DNA of 64,000 nt from Oribacterium sp. (GCA_017627595.1 JAGAGL010000018.1:3935-67934); one strand, 5' to 3'; shown: positions 1 to 9,241, counted from the stretch's first letter. Notes: generated by a model from the sequence alone, not told the origin. A program made the numbers and translations.

Positions 1-33
1 CATCACTGACATACGGATGTCGATCTGACCGGC

Positions 34-1665
34 CTAAACATTAGCCCTTTTCTTTATTGTGAACTTCCTGAGAACAAATTCGCCCTTGTCTTCATACTCC
101 GGTTCCTGATCCATGATAATGTCATAGCCGTTCTGATCGCCATAGGCCGCTGCCGAAACTGCTGCCAGAACGTCTCTCCTGCTGCTGAGGGGAAGTTCCT
201 CACTTGTCATAGTTGTGCGCCCCTGAAGCTGCTGCTCGATGTACTGCTTCATAAGTTCTCTGGCGTAGGGATTGTAAGCTTCCTTTTCCTGCAGCATACG
301 GGCTCTTTCTCTGTCCTCTTCGGTCATTTCTTCATATTGATCAACTGTAGCTTTTCGTATTGGCTGAGCCTTTCGAGGGTATCTGAGGGACTGAAGGTCT
401 AAAAATTCCTGAGAATCCATGGCAAATAATGAGTTCATCTCTTCGGGGATTTCTTCCTTCATGCCCAGAGACTCCATCTCAGTTGCAATATATTTCAGAA
501 CCTGCTCAACTTTTCCACGGGCATCAGCTTCTTTATTCTGTATGAACCTGGCACGTCCTATGGCTATGTCAAGGTAAAGGGTTATCTTATTTTTGATGTC
601 TCTCAGGATCTCGTCATAATCCTGATTCAGAAAACGGTTTGTGTTGTCTATCAGGTCAATAACAAATTCTTCCGCTTCACCTTCATTGGACAGCTCCTCC
701 TCATCAAAGCATCCTATTACAAGCAGCTCGAACAGCTCTTTATTGCTTCTTAGCTGCCTAAGCTTCTTATTGATGCTCTGCCTGTAAAGGTGAATGTTTG
801 ACTGCTTTGTGAGGCGGGCATACTCGTGTATGAAATTTCCGGTGGAATATTCCAGGAGATTGTTTGTCAGGCTTTCCAATGTCTCCTCGTGAACCATCTG
901 CTCGATGTATTTCTTCATATAAGTAGAAAGCCGTTTTAAAGATTTCGCCAGGGCTTTGGCATTTCTGTACACCGATTTCAATGCAAAGGCATAGGGATTG
1001 TCCTGCCATTGATCTTTATTGTTGAGGGTATTATAGATATCAAAGATATAGCTTGCAAACTCGGCCTTTTCCGGACGTTTCAGGTTCATGAGGAATTCAG
1101 CAAGCAGAACGCCCTGTTCGGTCATGATTATCTGGCGTTCGTAGGTTACATCATCTATTTCTTCTTCAAGCCATCCGATATTTGAGTCCAGGAACTTATA
1201 TATGATTCGACTTGCGATGTCGTTGGGGGACTGGTCGACTGCATTTGCATCTTGCTGCTTATTTTTTCCACGACCTTTGGAAACTGCATTCACAGCATCC
1301 TTTTTAACCCTTAGACCTTCACTTTTAATCTGTCCTTTTTTCTTATCTTGTCTTGAATCTTGTTTTGAATCATATCTTGTTTCTTGTCCTGAGGATTTGT
1401 TAACTGTAGTATCTGTATCAGCTTCATCCAATGCCTTTATATGATTCTCAGCAATATAGATTGCTATGGCATCACGGATTCGGTCTCTGGGTATACGGTA
1501 GGAAACTTCCCGTTCATATTCACGGAAGATAAGTTCCAGGCAGTCAGCGTAGATTTGATTGTTACTGTTGCTGGCCAGCAGATTAAAGAAGCCGTTAGGC
1601 AATTGATTGAATAGATTATTAATTGTTGTCATCTTGCGAAACCTCATTTTTACTGCTCCTATCAT
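34..1665 (-). CDS. DUF5716 / Wadjet JetA-like protein (probable first gene of a jetABCD operon continuing past the window edge)
   Basis: 543 aa; N-terminal LFNQLPNGFFNLLASNSNNQIYADCL and winged-helix-like GWLEEE..YERQIIMTEQG, resembling Firmicute DUF5716 proteins; low-complexity insertion near aa 85-145. Confidence 0.6.
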   Translation of the reverse strand: MIGAVKMRFRKMTTINNLFNQLPNGFFNLLASNSNNQIYADCLELIFREYEREVSYRIPRDRIRDAIAIYIAENHIKALDEADTDTTVNKSSGQETRYDSKQDSRQDKKKGQIKSEGLRVKKDAVNAVSKGRGKNKQQDANAVDQSPNDIASRIIYKFLDSNIGWLEEEIDDVTYERQIIMTEQGVLLAEFLMNLKRPEKAEFASYIFDIYNTLNNKDQWQDNPYAFALKSVYRNAKALAKSLKRLSTYMKKYIEQMVHEETLESLTNNLLEYSTGNFIHEYARLTKQSNIHLYRQSINKKLRQLRSNKELFELLVIGCFDEEELSNEGEAEEFVIDLIDNTNRFLNQDYDEILRDIKNKITLYLDIAIGRARFIQNKEADARGKVEQVLKYIATEMESLGMKEEIPEEMNSLFAMDSQEFLDLQSLRYPRKAQPIRKATVDQYEEMTEEDRERARMLQEKEAYNPYARELMKQYIEQQLQGRTTMTSEELPLSSRRDVLAAVSAAAYGDQNGYDIIMDQEPEYEDKGEFVLRKFTIKKRANV

Positions 1666-1897
1666 AACAATTTTCTAACGGGTTATGAATAGTAAAGCAG
1701 ATTCGGGTTGCATTTTTTTGCACATAGATATGGGACAAGGTGAAAGGTTGGTCTGGAATTGTCCGTAGATTTGCCTGCGTAATGTGACTCTATTTAAAAT
1801 ATCAGTATCGCGGTCATAGAAACATTTCGAGATTATTGACTCATTCCGGAGATTATTGAATATGCAATCAATCTTACAAGCCTCATAGGGTGAGAAT

Positions 1898-1996
1898 ATG
1901 CTGAAAGAGGCGGAAAAAACTGAATATGTATTCGATGAAGATAATCCTATTCTTTCAAAAGAGGAGCTTTCCCAATTCAAAAGGGAGTCAGATTAA
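1898..1996 (+). pseudogene. Truncated BrnA-like antitoxin fragment
   Basis: Manual translation MLKEAEKTEYVFDEDNPILSKEELSQFKRESD*, resembling the N-terminal FDED.P.L..E.L.QF.R segment of BrnA antitoxins; no C-terminal RHH part. Confidence 0.35.
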
Positions 1997-2010
1997 TCCG
2001 ACTCCCTTTT
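1979..2010. terminator. Bidirectional intrinsic terminator
   Basis: AAAAGGGAGTC-N10-GACTCCCTTTT hairpin with A/T tails. Confidence 0.75.
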
Positions 2011-2016
2011 ATGTTT

Positions 2017-2835
2017 TCACATCAACGTATTCATCATCATAATAGCTTGTTCTTCCGGTGTGGGTTCACGGTCAGGAAGGGAGGACATCTTCTGCTTTGC
2101 TTCAGAAAGAAGTGCTTTCACCTTTTCCACTTCTCTTTCGTCGCAGGCATTTTCTTCAAGTCCTGCTTCCACCTCCTGAAGATCCTGTTCCAGCAAGGCG
2201 ATGATTGCCTGCATATCACCTCTGGTAGCAGCTGCTGCAATCTGTCTCCTTCGCTTTTGCTCGTTGACACTCACAGTTTTACTGGTAGATTCCGTTGTGA
2301 CTTCTCCATCATCGTCGATTTTTATCTTCATACTTTGGAAGCCTACTTCTCCCTGCTTTTCTTCAAGAGCTTCATCTGCTGCCTTTAAATTATCGAAAAG
2401 AGACTGGCGTTTGTCCGGATCCGTGAGGCAATCTCTCAGATATTTTGATGAGATTTCCGCCATACCCTGTTTTACAATGTTGTAGTTCTCATAAAGGTAT
2501 TTTGAAAGATCATCAACTGTCTCAAATATCAGATCTTTAGCTGTATCAGATGTCAGATCACCGACCGTGTCGAATGACGGATCTTTGTCCATATCAAATA
2601 TCGGATCGGATTTCGCATCATCTGCTTTCAGGTTTGCTTTTAAAGCTGTCCTACCCTGTTCGGAAATCTCCAGGGTATCCTTCTGGTTTAGCAATACTTC
2701 AACCACTGACTTTCCGGCTCTGTCTCCTATTTCTATATCTCGTCTGATTCCGGAGTTCTTTCCTCGTTTTATTATCTTTGGATTTACATTATTTCCGGAA
2801 TATTTTCCATATATATCATTAATCTCTACTGCCAT
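2017..2835 (-). CDS. DUF6033-like hypothetical protein, candidate flagellar-export substrate
   Basis: 272 aa, RBS AAGGAGG; no signal peptide or TM segment; FlgM-like DTLEISEQG motif; YL...ISSKYL..C..DP...IDDDGEV core. Confidence 0.6.
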   Translation of the reverse strand: MAVEINDIYGKYSGNNVNPKIIKRGKNSGIRRDIEIGDRAGKSVVEVLLNQKDTLEISEQGRTALKANLKADDAKSDPIFDMDKDPSFDTVGDLTSDTAKDLIFETVDDLSKYLYENYNIVKQGMAEISSKYLRDCLTDPDKRQSLFDNLKAADEALEEKQGEVGFQSMKIKIDDDGEVTTESTSKTVSVNEQKRRRQIAAAATRGDMQAIIALLEQDLQEVEAGLEENACDEREVEKVKALLSEAKQKMSSLPDREPTPEEQAIMMMNTLM

Positions 2836-2857
2836 TTCAAACCTCCTTCATCTAATC

Positions 2858-2923
2858 TTTACTTCGGAGGTCAGAAACCAGATATAATACAATTGCAGTG
2901 AACACCACTATTCTTGCAGTCAA
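2858..2923 (-). promoter_or_regulatory. LytTR direct repeat plus sigma-28-like -10
   Basis: Minus strand TTGACTGCA-N12-TTCACTGCA-N25-TCCGAAGTAAA upstream of 2835. Confidence 0.6.
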
Positions 2924-4593
2924 TTCCTTGTGCACTTATTATTCATCATAACTGTCAAACAAAACATCTGTCTTTCTCCTTTATTATAAATCTCAATGTC
3001 TACATCCCCCATATATTTTCTTGCGCATTTTTGAATATTCGACATCCCAATCCCATGCAAATGCTTATCCGTTTTACTCGTCACAGGAAGCCCGGTGTCC
3101 TTGTCAAAAGTTACCTGCCCGTCAAATACATTTTCAATCTCAATAAAATATAAGGTGCCTTTCATATAGGACTTAAGCGTGATTTCTCTTGCACCATCCA
3201 CCTTTCGGCAAGCTTCAAAGGCATTGTCCAAAGCATTATCCAGAATGACCGCAATATCGTAAATGTCTATACGTCCAGAGTTTGGAGCAACAAAACCTGC
3301 CTCTATTTGCCCGGAACCAGGCGTCATATAATCCGTCTTTATGTGCCCGAGGTCCGGCGCCACATGATCCGTATATTTGAGTCCAGCGTCTGGTGCTACA
3401 AAATCTACTTCGAAGGTTATTCCACTCCTCTTCGCTTCCTGCATCCTTTGGTAAATGATGATGTCCGTGATGGGATTTCCGCTTTTTGATGAAAAATCCA
3501 ATTTATTTACTGCATTCTCCAACTCGTCGAGGTAGCCATCTATCTCTGACACATCATTTCCGGTGTTCTTAACGTACAGCATGATATTGTTCAGGTGATT
3601 CCTCATATCATGCTTCAGTCCCCGCAGATCAGAATATATATTTTCAACATCTTTGATTTCCCTGTGAAGCTGCTCCACCTGTCTTTCAAGGATGGCCTGC
3701 TTCCGTCTCTCTTCATTACGCTCAATAAGATATTGAAACAGCATCATGGCGGCAATGATAGAGCCAAGAAGCAGAAAACAAATGACTATGATCCATATGA
3801 GAACCTCCGGAACCTTGTCGTAAATCAGCAGAGATAATCTTTCATTAATTTTCAGTATTATTACCCGCAAAGTCATGGACACCCCAAGTCCGGTAATGCA
3901 GGGGAGTATCAAAAATACACTCTCCCTAAGGCTTGGCTCATAGCCTTTGTGGATATATTTTCTGCTCAACACTTTCAGATATGTAAACATTAGCCCCACA
4001 TATATGGCTACGGAGACAAGGCTTTGAACGAAAAGATAGATGTTTAGAAACATATCCGCTTTCTCCATAGTCAGGTTTTCGGATTGGAGAACCATGCTCT
4101 CAAACATGCTCCAGGTGGCGTGTGAGATCAGGTAATAACCGACACTTCCGATATTTCTGATCAACTCTTTTCCGGCGGTAAAGCTTATGGCGGCAAATAT
4201 CTGCCTTTTGAAATCTTGCTCAAAGAATATGAGCTCAAGTATGCCCAGTAAAGCAAGATCCATCATAGTTCGGAGCATGACCGTTTGGGTTTCTGCCAAT
4301 TTATACAGTACAGATTCTGACGAAAGATATATGATTATCCAGAGAATAAGCATTAGCCTCCCGGGGTGTTTCGGTTTAAGGGGTCCCGAGCCCTTTAGTT
4401 CGTCATCTTCCGATGACGGAAGCTTGACGTTTTTGCTTATTATCTGTTTCATACCGGGAGAAATCCAGGGCTCTCGGTAACGGAAGTAAGTATTGTATCT
4501 CGGTTTCAGAATCGCAGCTCCGTACAGCCAGCTGAAAACTGCGTCTGCCATATATATCGGCAGTGTCAAGGTAACAGACATGATATCAAACAT
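2920..4593 (-). CDS. Membrane GHKL (AgrC/VirS-like) sensor histidine kinase
   Basis: Multi-TM N-terminus; H-box LKHDMRNHL; N-box ILDNALDNAFEA; G-box HGIGMSNI. Confidence 0.93.
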   Translation of the reverse strand: MFDIMSVTLTLPIYMADAVFSWLYGAAILKPRYNTYFRYREPWISPGMKQIISKNVKLPSSEDDELKGSGPLKPKHPGRLMLILWIIIYLSSESVLYKLAETQTVMLRTMMDLALLGILELIFFEQDFKRQIFAAISFTAGKELIRNIGSVGYYLISHATWSMFESMVLQSENLTMEKADMFLNIYLFVQSLVSVAIYVGLMFTYLKVLSRKYIHKGYEPSLRESVFLILPCITGLGVSMTLRVIILKINERLSLLIYDKVPEVLIWIIVICFLLLGSIIAAMMLFQYLIERNEERRKQAILERQVEQLHREIKDVENIYSDLRGLKHDMRNHLNNIMLYVKNTGNDVSEIDGYLDELENAVNKLDFSSKSGNPITDIIIYQRMQEAKRSGITFEVDFVAPDAGLKYTDHVAPDLGHIKTDYMTPGSGQIEAGFVAPNSGRIDIYDIAVILDNALDNAFEACRKVDGAREITLKSYMKGTLYFIEIENVFDGQVTFDKDTGLPVTSKTDKHLHGIGMSNIQKCARKYMGDVDIEIYNKGERQMFCLTVMMNNKCTRN

Positions 4594-5374
4594 TCACGAT
4601 ACCTCCATTTTTGGCGTAACGAAGATACGCTTTTACGAAATCCGTATACTTCTTCTCAGCAAGAATAATGCTTTCGCCGTTAAGCACCCGGATACTGTTA
4701 ACGGAATAGGCCGTTACCTTTTCAAAATTCACAATATAACATCTGTGACACCTAAAGAAAGTATCACCCAATTCCTTTTCAAGATCGTACATTCTGGCAT
4801 AGGTCTCTGCGAGTCCACTGTCTGTATGGAAAACCACCTTCCTGTCATTGCTTTCGATATACTGAATCTCGGAAAACAGGATTTTTTTCCTATTCTCCCC
4901 ATCCTTAATGATCACGTATTTTTTTCTCTGCTCGTCAGAAAAGCGAGCTTCTTTAAGCGCCCGTTGAAACACCTCCGCAAACTTGCTTTCCTTAATCGGC
5001 TTCACAAGATAATGAAAAGCATTTACATCAAAGGCTTCTTCCATATACTCCCGATAGGCTGTCACAAATATGATGACGCTTTGGTTTCCGGGGTCTGACT
5101 GCCTTTCGCGGATACATTTCTCTAAATCTGCCTGTCCCTCGCGTATACTGTTTCCCGGATATTCTTGCCTCTTTCGAATACGCTTCGCAAGCTCTATCCC
5201 GGATATATCTCCCATTTCAATATCAAGAAAATAAATATCGAAAGAATCTCCACAAGAAATCAGATCCTCGCTTCTATTAAAGCAGCTAATTTTTGCATCT
5301 CTATGTTGCTTCTTTATCAGATCAGATAATTGTTTACTGATGTTAATGTCATCATCGCATACAGCTATATTCAT
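4586..5374 (-). CDS. LytTR family response regulator
   Basis: REC domain (IAVCDDD, FLDIEM, FVTA, VKP) plus LytTR domain (FFRCHRCYIVN); overlaps kinase start. Confidence 0.95.
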   Translation of the reverse strand: MNIAVCDDDINISKQLSDLIKKQHRDAKISCFNRSEDLISCGDSFDIYFLDIEMGDISGIELAKRIRKRQEYPGNSIREGQADLEKCIRERQSDPGNQSVIIFVTAYREYMEEAFDVNAFHYLVKPIKESKFAEVFQRALKEARFSDEQRKKYVIIKDGENRKKILFSEIQYIESNDRKVVFHTDSGLAETYARMYDLEKELGDTFFRCHRCYIVNFEKVTAYSVNSIRVLNGESIILAEKKYTDFVKAYLRYAKNGGIVNV

Positions 5375-5407
5375 TTCCGGATTCCTTTCATCATTAAATG
5401 AACTATT

Positions 5408-5474
5408 ATTATATAGCCATAAAATGTTCTACTTTTCATTATTATGTAGTGAACTACGGGATTTTTGCGGTGAA
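5408..5474 (-). promoter_or_regulatory. LytTR direct repeat plus sigma-A -10 (autoregulated promoter)
   Basis: Minus strand TTCACCGCA-N12-TTCACTACA-N31-TATAAT. Confidence 0.6.
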
Positions 5475-5490
5475 ATATACGTTTGAACAG

Positions 5491-5533
5491 AAAAACCGCA
5501 GCTATCTGCTTGTACAGATAACTGCGGTTCTTT
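5491..5533. terminator. Intrinsic terminator
   Basis: AACCGCAGCTATCTG-cttgta-CAGATAACTGCGGTT hairpin flanked by A/T runs. Confidence 0.75.
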
Positions 5534-5674
5534 ACTCATATATTTTTCTCCCGATAATTAAATGACCCAACGTGGTCCGCATCGTTGAGAGGCGTGTTGG
5601 GTTCTGTTGATGTCAGTATATTCCATAACCGATACGTTAATCAAGTTTTTTAATACTTGATGTATGCATTCTAT

Positions 5675-5956
5675 TCACCTGAGCTTACTCTCATAATCCT
5701 TCATCAAATCCTCTATTACATCATCTGCATCTCGTCCCTGACCTGCTTTTGCCTGTGTCAGTGAATGATCGATATGATTCCATAGCTTTTCATCTGTTTT
5801 TTTCCCTAATGGGCTATGCCATTTTTCCCGTGCGGCTGTAAGCTCCACAATAACTGAGTGAATTGCCCTTAGTTGGCTCTCGTCTAATGATTTTAGCAAA
5901 TCAACGGTATCATCGTATATTGACTGTGCTTGTAAAGTCATATCGAATACCTCCAT
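5675..5956 (-). CDS. Small hypothetical protein, possibly an orphan type II antitoxin
   Basis: 93 aa acidic protein; C-terminal SLTQAKAGQGRDADDVIEDL resembles antitoxins that precede RelE/ParE toxins; no toxin ORF follows. Confidence 0.45.
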   Translation of the reverse strand: MEVFDMTLQAQSIYDDTVDLLKSLDESQLRAIHSVIVELTAAREKWHSPLGKKTDEKLWNHIDHSLTQAKAGQGRDADDVIEDLMKDYESKLR

Positions 5957-6211
5957 AACAAATAATAAGCACTATGATAAAAAGGGGATTTACCCCGGAA
6001 CACAGAACACCTCGTCTGTTACTCTATATTGTAGCACCAGAGGCCTTTCCTGCTCAAGAAACCCAGCGTTATCAATTATTAAGCTTTGCTAAACAAACGT
6101 TCACGATATCAACAAAAGGGATATGACTCTACCGAAGCATTTAACCCCTTTTTAAACCAATTCTTAGGATTGAGTGTTCACTGTCAGCCATGAATATAGG
6201 CGATCTGTTAA

Positions 6212-6394
6212 TCAGATGCCGCAGCGAATGCAGCTATCATTCACGGAATACGACAGAGCGGTATCCTTGCGCAGCCACTTATCCGCCAGCCTCTTGCGAT
6301 ACATAGCCATCTGGGCTTTCGTGAATGCCGTGATCTTTACGTCCACAGTCTTCCGGGCAGCAATGTCTCTGCACACGGTTTCCCATCTGCTTTC
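6212..6394 (-). pseudogene. Fragment of an EFR1-like flavodoxin/4Fe-4S protein
   Basis: Manual translation in frame after the marR stop ends ...YSVNDSCIRCGI*; a CxxCxxC motif cut by TGA at the third Cys; no start codon. Confidence 0.5.
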
Positions 6395-6853
6395 TTAAGC
6401 TTCCTGTCCCATCGCTGCCAGTGCGCGGGTCAGCAGATCACGAAGAAGTACCATGTCCTCTTCCGCAAGAGGAATACAGCCTTTCATGACTTCCGGGATC
6501 ATCACGGCTTTTTCTTTCATAGCTTCGCCTTCTTCGGTAAGCGTCAGGAACAGCTTGCGCTCATTATTATCCGGTCGGATACGGTTGACCAGGCCCTGTT
6601 TTTCGAGACGCTTCAGAAGAGGAGCCAGGGTTCCTGAATCCAGATGTACCCGCTTGCCGAGCTCGCCTTCCGTCATGCCTCCGTTTTCCCACAGGACCAT
6701 CATGACCACATACTGGGTATAGGTAAGGCCAATCTCATCAAGAGGTTTTCTGTACTGCCGAACAACCTCTTTTGCGCAGGCATACAGGGGGAAGCACAGC
6801 TGGTTATCCAGCCGGATGCAGTCATACTTATCTATGGCTCGTGAATTCTCCAT
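6395..6853 (-). CDS. MarR family regulator, OhrR-like
   Basis: LDNQLCFPLYA (redox Cys), LTYTQY, LDSGTLAPLLKRLE motifs. Confidence 0.88.
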   Translation of the reverse strand: MENSRAIDKYDCIRLDNQLCFPLYACAKEVVRQYRKPLDEIGLTYTQYVVMMVLWENGGMTEGELGKRVHLDSGTLAPLLKRLEKQGLVNRIRPDNNERKLFLTLTEEGEAMKEKAVMIPEVMKGCIPLAEEDMVLLRDLLTRALAAMGQEA

Positions 6854-7245
6854 TACAGATACTTCCTTGCAAAATCGGCTGCTGCCTTAAGCTGTGCATC
6901 GTTGGGCTTATTTTTTACGTAGAAAGACTCAGAGACGACGGAAATCCCTGCTTCAGACAAAGCCTTTTTGATCAGATCTATGGAATGCTTCGATATCCAG
7001 GAAGTAGCGAAGACAACTGCCTGCTTCGCATCGTCTTTCTTCAGGGTTTTCAGGTAGTCTTTCAAGTGGCTGTCAAGGCCGTAAGCATATAAAGCTCCGC
7101 CGATGAAAAGCACATCCACAGGCTCTGTGATCGCCGCATCCGAAGCATCTACCGAGATTGCGGATACACCGGCGGCTTCAGCGATTGCTTCGGCCACAGC
7201 TTTGGTATTGCCTGACCTTGAATAATATCTTACTGCTGCTCTCAT
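6853..7245 (-). CDS. Flavodoxin family protein
   Basis: FMN phosphate loop YYSRSGNTKAVAEAI. Confidence 0.85.
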   Translation of the reverse strand: MRAAVRYYSRSGNTKAVAEAIAEAAGVSAISVDASDAAITEPVDVLFIGGALYAYGLDSHLKDYLKTLKKDDAKQAVVFATSWISKHSIDLIKKALSEAGISVVSESFYVKNKPNDAQLKAAADFARKYL

Positions 7246-7323
7246 TTAAGCTTCCTCCATTTTACAAAAGGCTGACGCCGCTTCACAGAGAACGTCAGCC
7301 TTTAAGCTTGGTTTACTACGTAA

Positions 7324-7815
7324 TTAGAGTCCCAGAAGCTCAGTCCAGAGTTTTACTTCTTCTTCCGAGCCTTCTGCACCGAGTCTCTTGCCGTCGCAGA
7401 CAGTCACACTCTCACCGACAATGCCCTTGATATGCTCTACGGATTTTTCGACACCGCTCATGCCGGAAGTGCAGAACGGGATGATCTTTTTACCGCTGAA
7501 ATCATAGGCATCCAGGAAGGTGTCGATGATACTCGGCTCGCGGCCCCACCAGATCGGGAAGCCAACAAACACCGTATCATAATCGGCCATGTTCTCGACG
7601 CATCCGCTGATCGCGGGGCGGCAGGACTCGTCAGCCATTTCCACATTGCTGCGGGAGGTCTTTACCGTATAGTCCAGATCCTCTTTTGTATAAGGCTTTT
7701 CAGGCTTGATCTCATAGCAATCCGCGCACTCAGCCTTTGCAAGTTCGGCAGCAACCTTTGCGGTAACGCCGCTGGCGGAAAAATAAGCGACTAAAATCTT
7801 GCTCATAGCAGTCAT
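7324..7815 (-). CDS. Flavodoxin (Flavodoxin_4-like)
   Basis: YFSASGVT, GFPIWW, PFCTSGMS motifs. Confidence 0.88.
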   Translation of the reverse strand: MTAMSKILVAYFSASGVTAKVAAELAKAECADCYEIKPEKPYTKEDLDYTVKTSRSNVEMADESCRPAISGCVENMADYDTVFVGFPIWWGREPSIIDTFLDAYDFSGKKIIPFCTSGMSGVEKSVEHIKGIVGESVTVCDGKRLGAEGSEEEVKLWTELLGL

Positions 7816-7833
7816 TTCCTTTCTTGGACTTAA

Positions 7834-8280
7834 TTAGCCCAGTTGCTCGATCAGGTAGTTCTCGTATCCGATCTCTTCGATCAGGTTCAGATGCTGGCGA
7901 ACCCAGTTGAAGTGCTCCTGCTCGTCAACGATGAACTGCTGGATCATGTTCTTCGTTACATAATCGTCATCAAACAGGGCCAGAGACTTGCTCATCTCGG
8001 GGAGTGCCTGAGCGCTGTCCTTGCAGTCATACTCCAGCATTTCCTTGATATCCGTTATAACAGGGTACTCCTGAATAGCGACCACAGGGGTCTCGCCAAG
8101 CTCGATCAGTCTGGCATTAACCTTCTTTGCCTCTTCCCATTCTTCGTCGGACTCAGCCATGATCTTGTCGCCGAGCTTGCCGAAGCCTCTCTGCTTCAGC
8201 AGCTGTGCGTGAATGGAATGCTGCTGAGAATTACCGAACCAGCCCTTCGCAAATTCCTTTAAGAGTTCAACCTTTGTCAT
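7834..8280 (-). CDS. Bacterioferritin / ferritin-like diiron protein
   Basis: DEQEH motif, ARLIELGETP, IGYENYL; start at ATG 8280 with RBS GGAGGT. Confidence 0.8.
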   Translation of the reverse strand: MTKVELLKEFAKGWFGNSQQHSIHAQLLKQRGFGKLGDKIMAESDEEWEEAKKVNARLIELGETPVVAIQEYPVITDIKEMLEYDCKDSAQALPEMSKSLALFDDDYVTKNMIQQFIVDEQEHFNWVRQHLNLIEEIGYENYLIEQLG

Positions 8281-8306
8281 CGTAGATACCTCCGTCGTTA
8301 TTATCG

Positions 8307-8334
8307 TTATTGTGCGCTGTCTTATTGTGCGCAA
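8307..8334. promoter_or_regulatory. Candidate OhrR/MarR operator
   Basis: TTATTGTGCGC direct repeat (8307, 8322); second copy is near-palindromic TTGTGCGCAA; upstream of the ferritin-flavodoxin-marR cassette. Confidence 0.4.
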
Positions 8335-8419
8335 CTACTATTATTATTTTACACACATAGGAGGCTCTATCAATTCAGAATGTCTTTATATTTTCTCATT
8401 GTGAGAAAATATACCCTGA

Positions 8420-9031
8420 TCATCTCATTTTCAGAAGAGATATTGATGAAGGAGCTCGGGCAGCGCCTTTCCGCTCTGCTTTTTCTTTTTTCTTTTCCGC
8501 AACCTTTTCTTCTGCTTTTTTCTTTTCTACCTTTTGCTGCCGGAGTTTAGTTCCAAATTCATTCGGTGATGTTATCTTTGAACGTCTGTCATCATGCTTA
8601 CTTATTGACCAACAGCTAATGCCTCCGTCCTTATCTATGGCCCATCCCCGGGCAACAAGCGTAGCACCACTTCCCTCTATTCTTTGTCGTGCTTGTTCAT
8701 CCAGTACTTCACTAAGCTTTTCATCTGCAAAAGGTTTCACAAGAAAATGAAATGGATGCAGATCAAATGAACTAAACACCTGACTTTCTTCACCGGTTAC
8801 AAAGATCAGTATCTTTCTCCAATCTCTGTCTCTCAATGTCTTTGCCACATCCAATCCGCTCATCTCAGGCATCCAGATATCAAGTAATAGAATATCCGGG
8901 AGTTTATCGGCAGCCAATAGCTCTTCTCCGGAAGTGAATGTAATAATCTCTGCCTCCGGACAGATTTTTGCAACTTTCTCAGCAAGTATGTCACATATTC
9001 TTTTTTCATCATCACAAATAGCAATTCTCAT
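8420..9031 (-). pseudogene. Deletion chimera: LytTR-type REC domain fused to a DUF6033-like C-terminus
   Basis: aa 1-111 REC (IAICDDE, LLDIWM, LVKP); no LytTR domain; then GWAIDKDGGISCWS and a K/E-rich tail. Confidence 0.65.
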
Positions 9032-9113
9032 GTCTGTCTCCGATCAACTCCGGCCGGCACAGATCAGACATCCACCGGATATCTTACGCCCTCCCGAAAA
9101 GCATACTATTTAT

Positions 9114-9180
9114 ATATTATCTACTATAAACCGATATAGTCATCTGCCAATGTAGTAAATGGTTGATTTTCTGCAGTGAA
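9114..9180 (-). promoter_or_regulatory. LytTR direct repeat plus sigma-A -10
   Basis: Minus strand TTCACTGCA-N12-TTTACTACA-N31-TAATAT, same spacing as at 5408-5474. Confidence 0.55.
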
Positions 9181-9209
9181 CGGTAAGTTCATTGGTTTTC
9201 CCAAAGAAA

Positions 9210-9241
9210 AAACCCCGGAAACACATCAGTTTCCGGGGTTT
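9210..9241. terminator. Hairpin homologous to the terminator after rpsI
   Basis: AAACCCCGGAAAC-acatca-GTTTCCGGGGTTT; compare 21063-21096. Confidence 0.75.

Noticed and set aside
1675-1980. 101-aa minus-strand ORF
   Set aside because: No RBS or recognisable motif; overlaps the antitoxin fragment on the other strand
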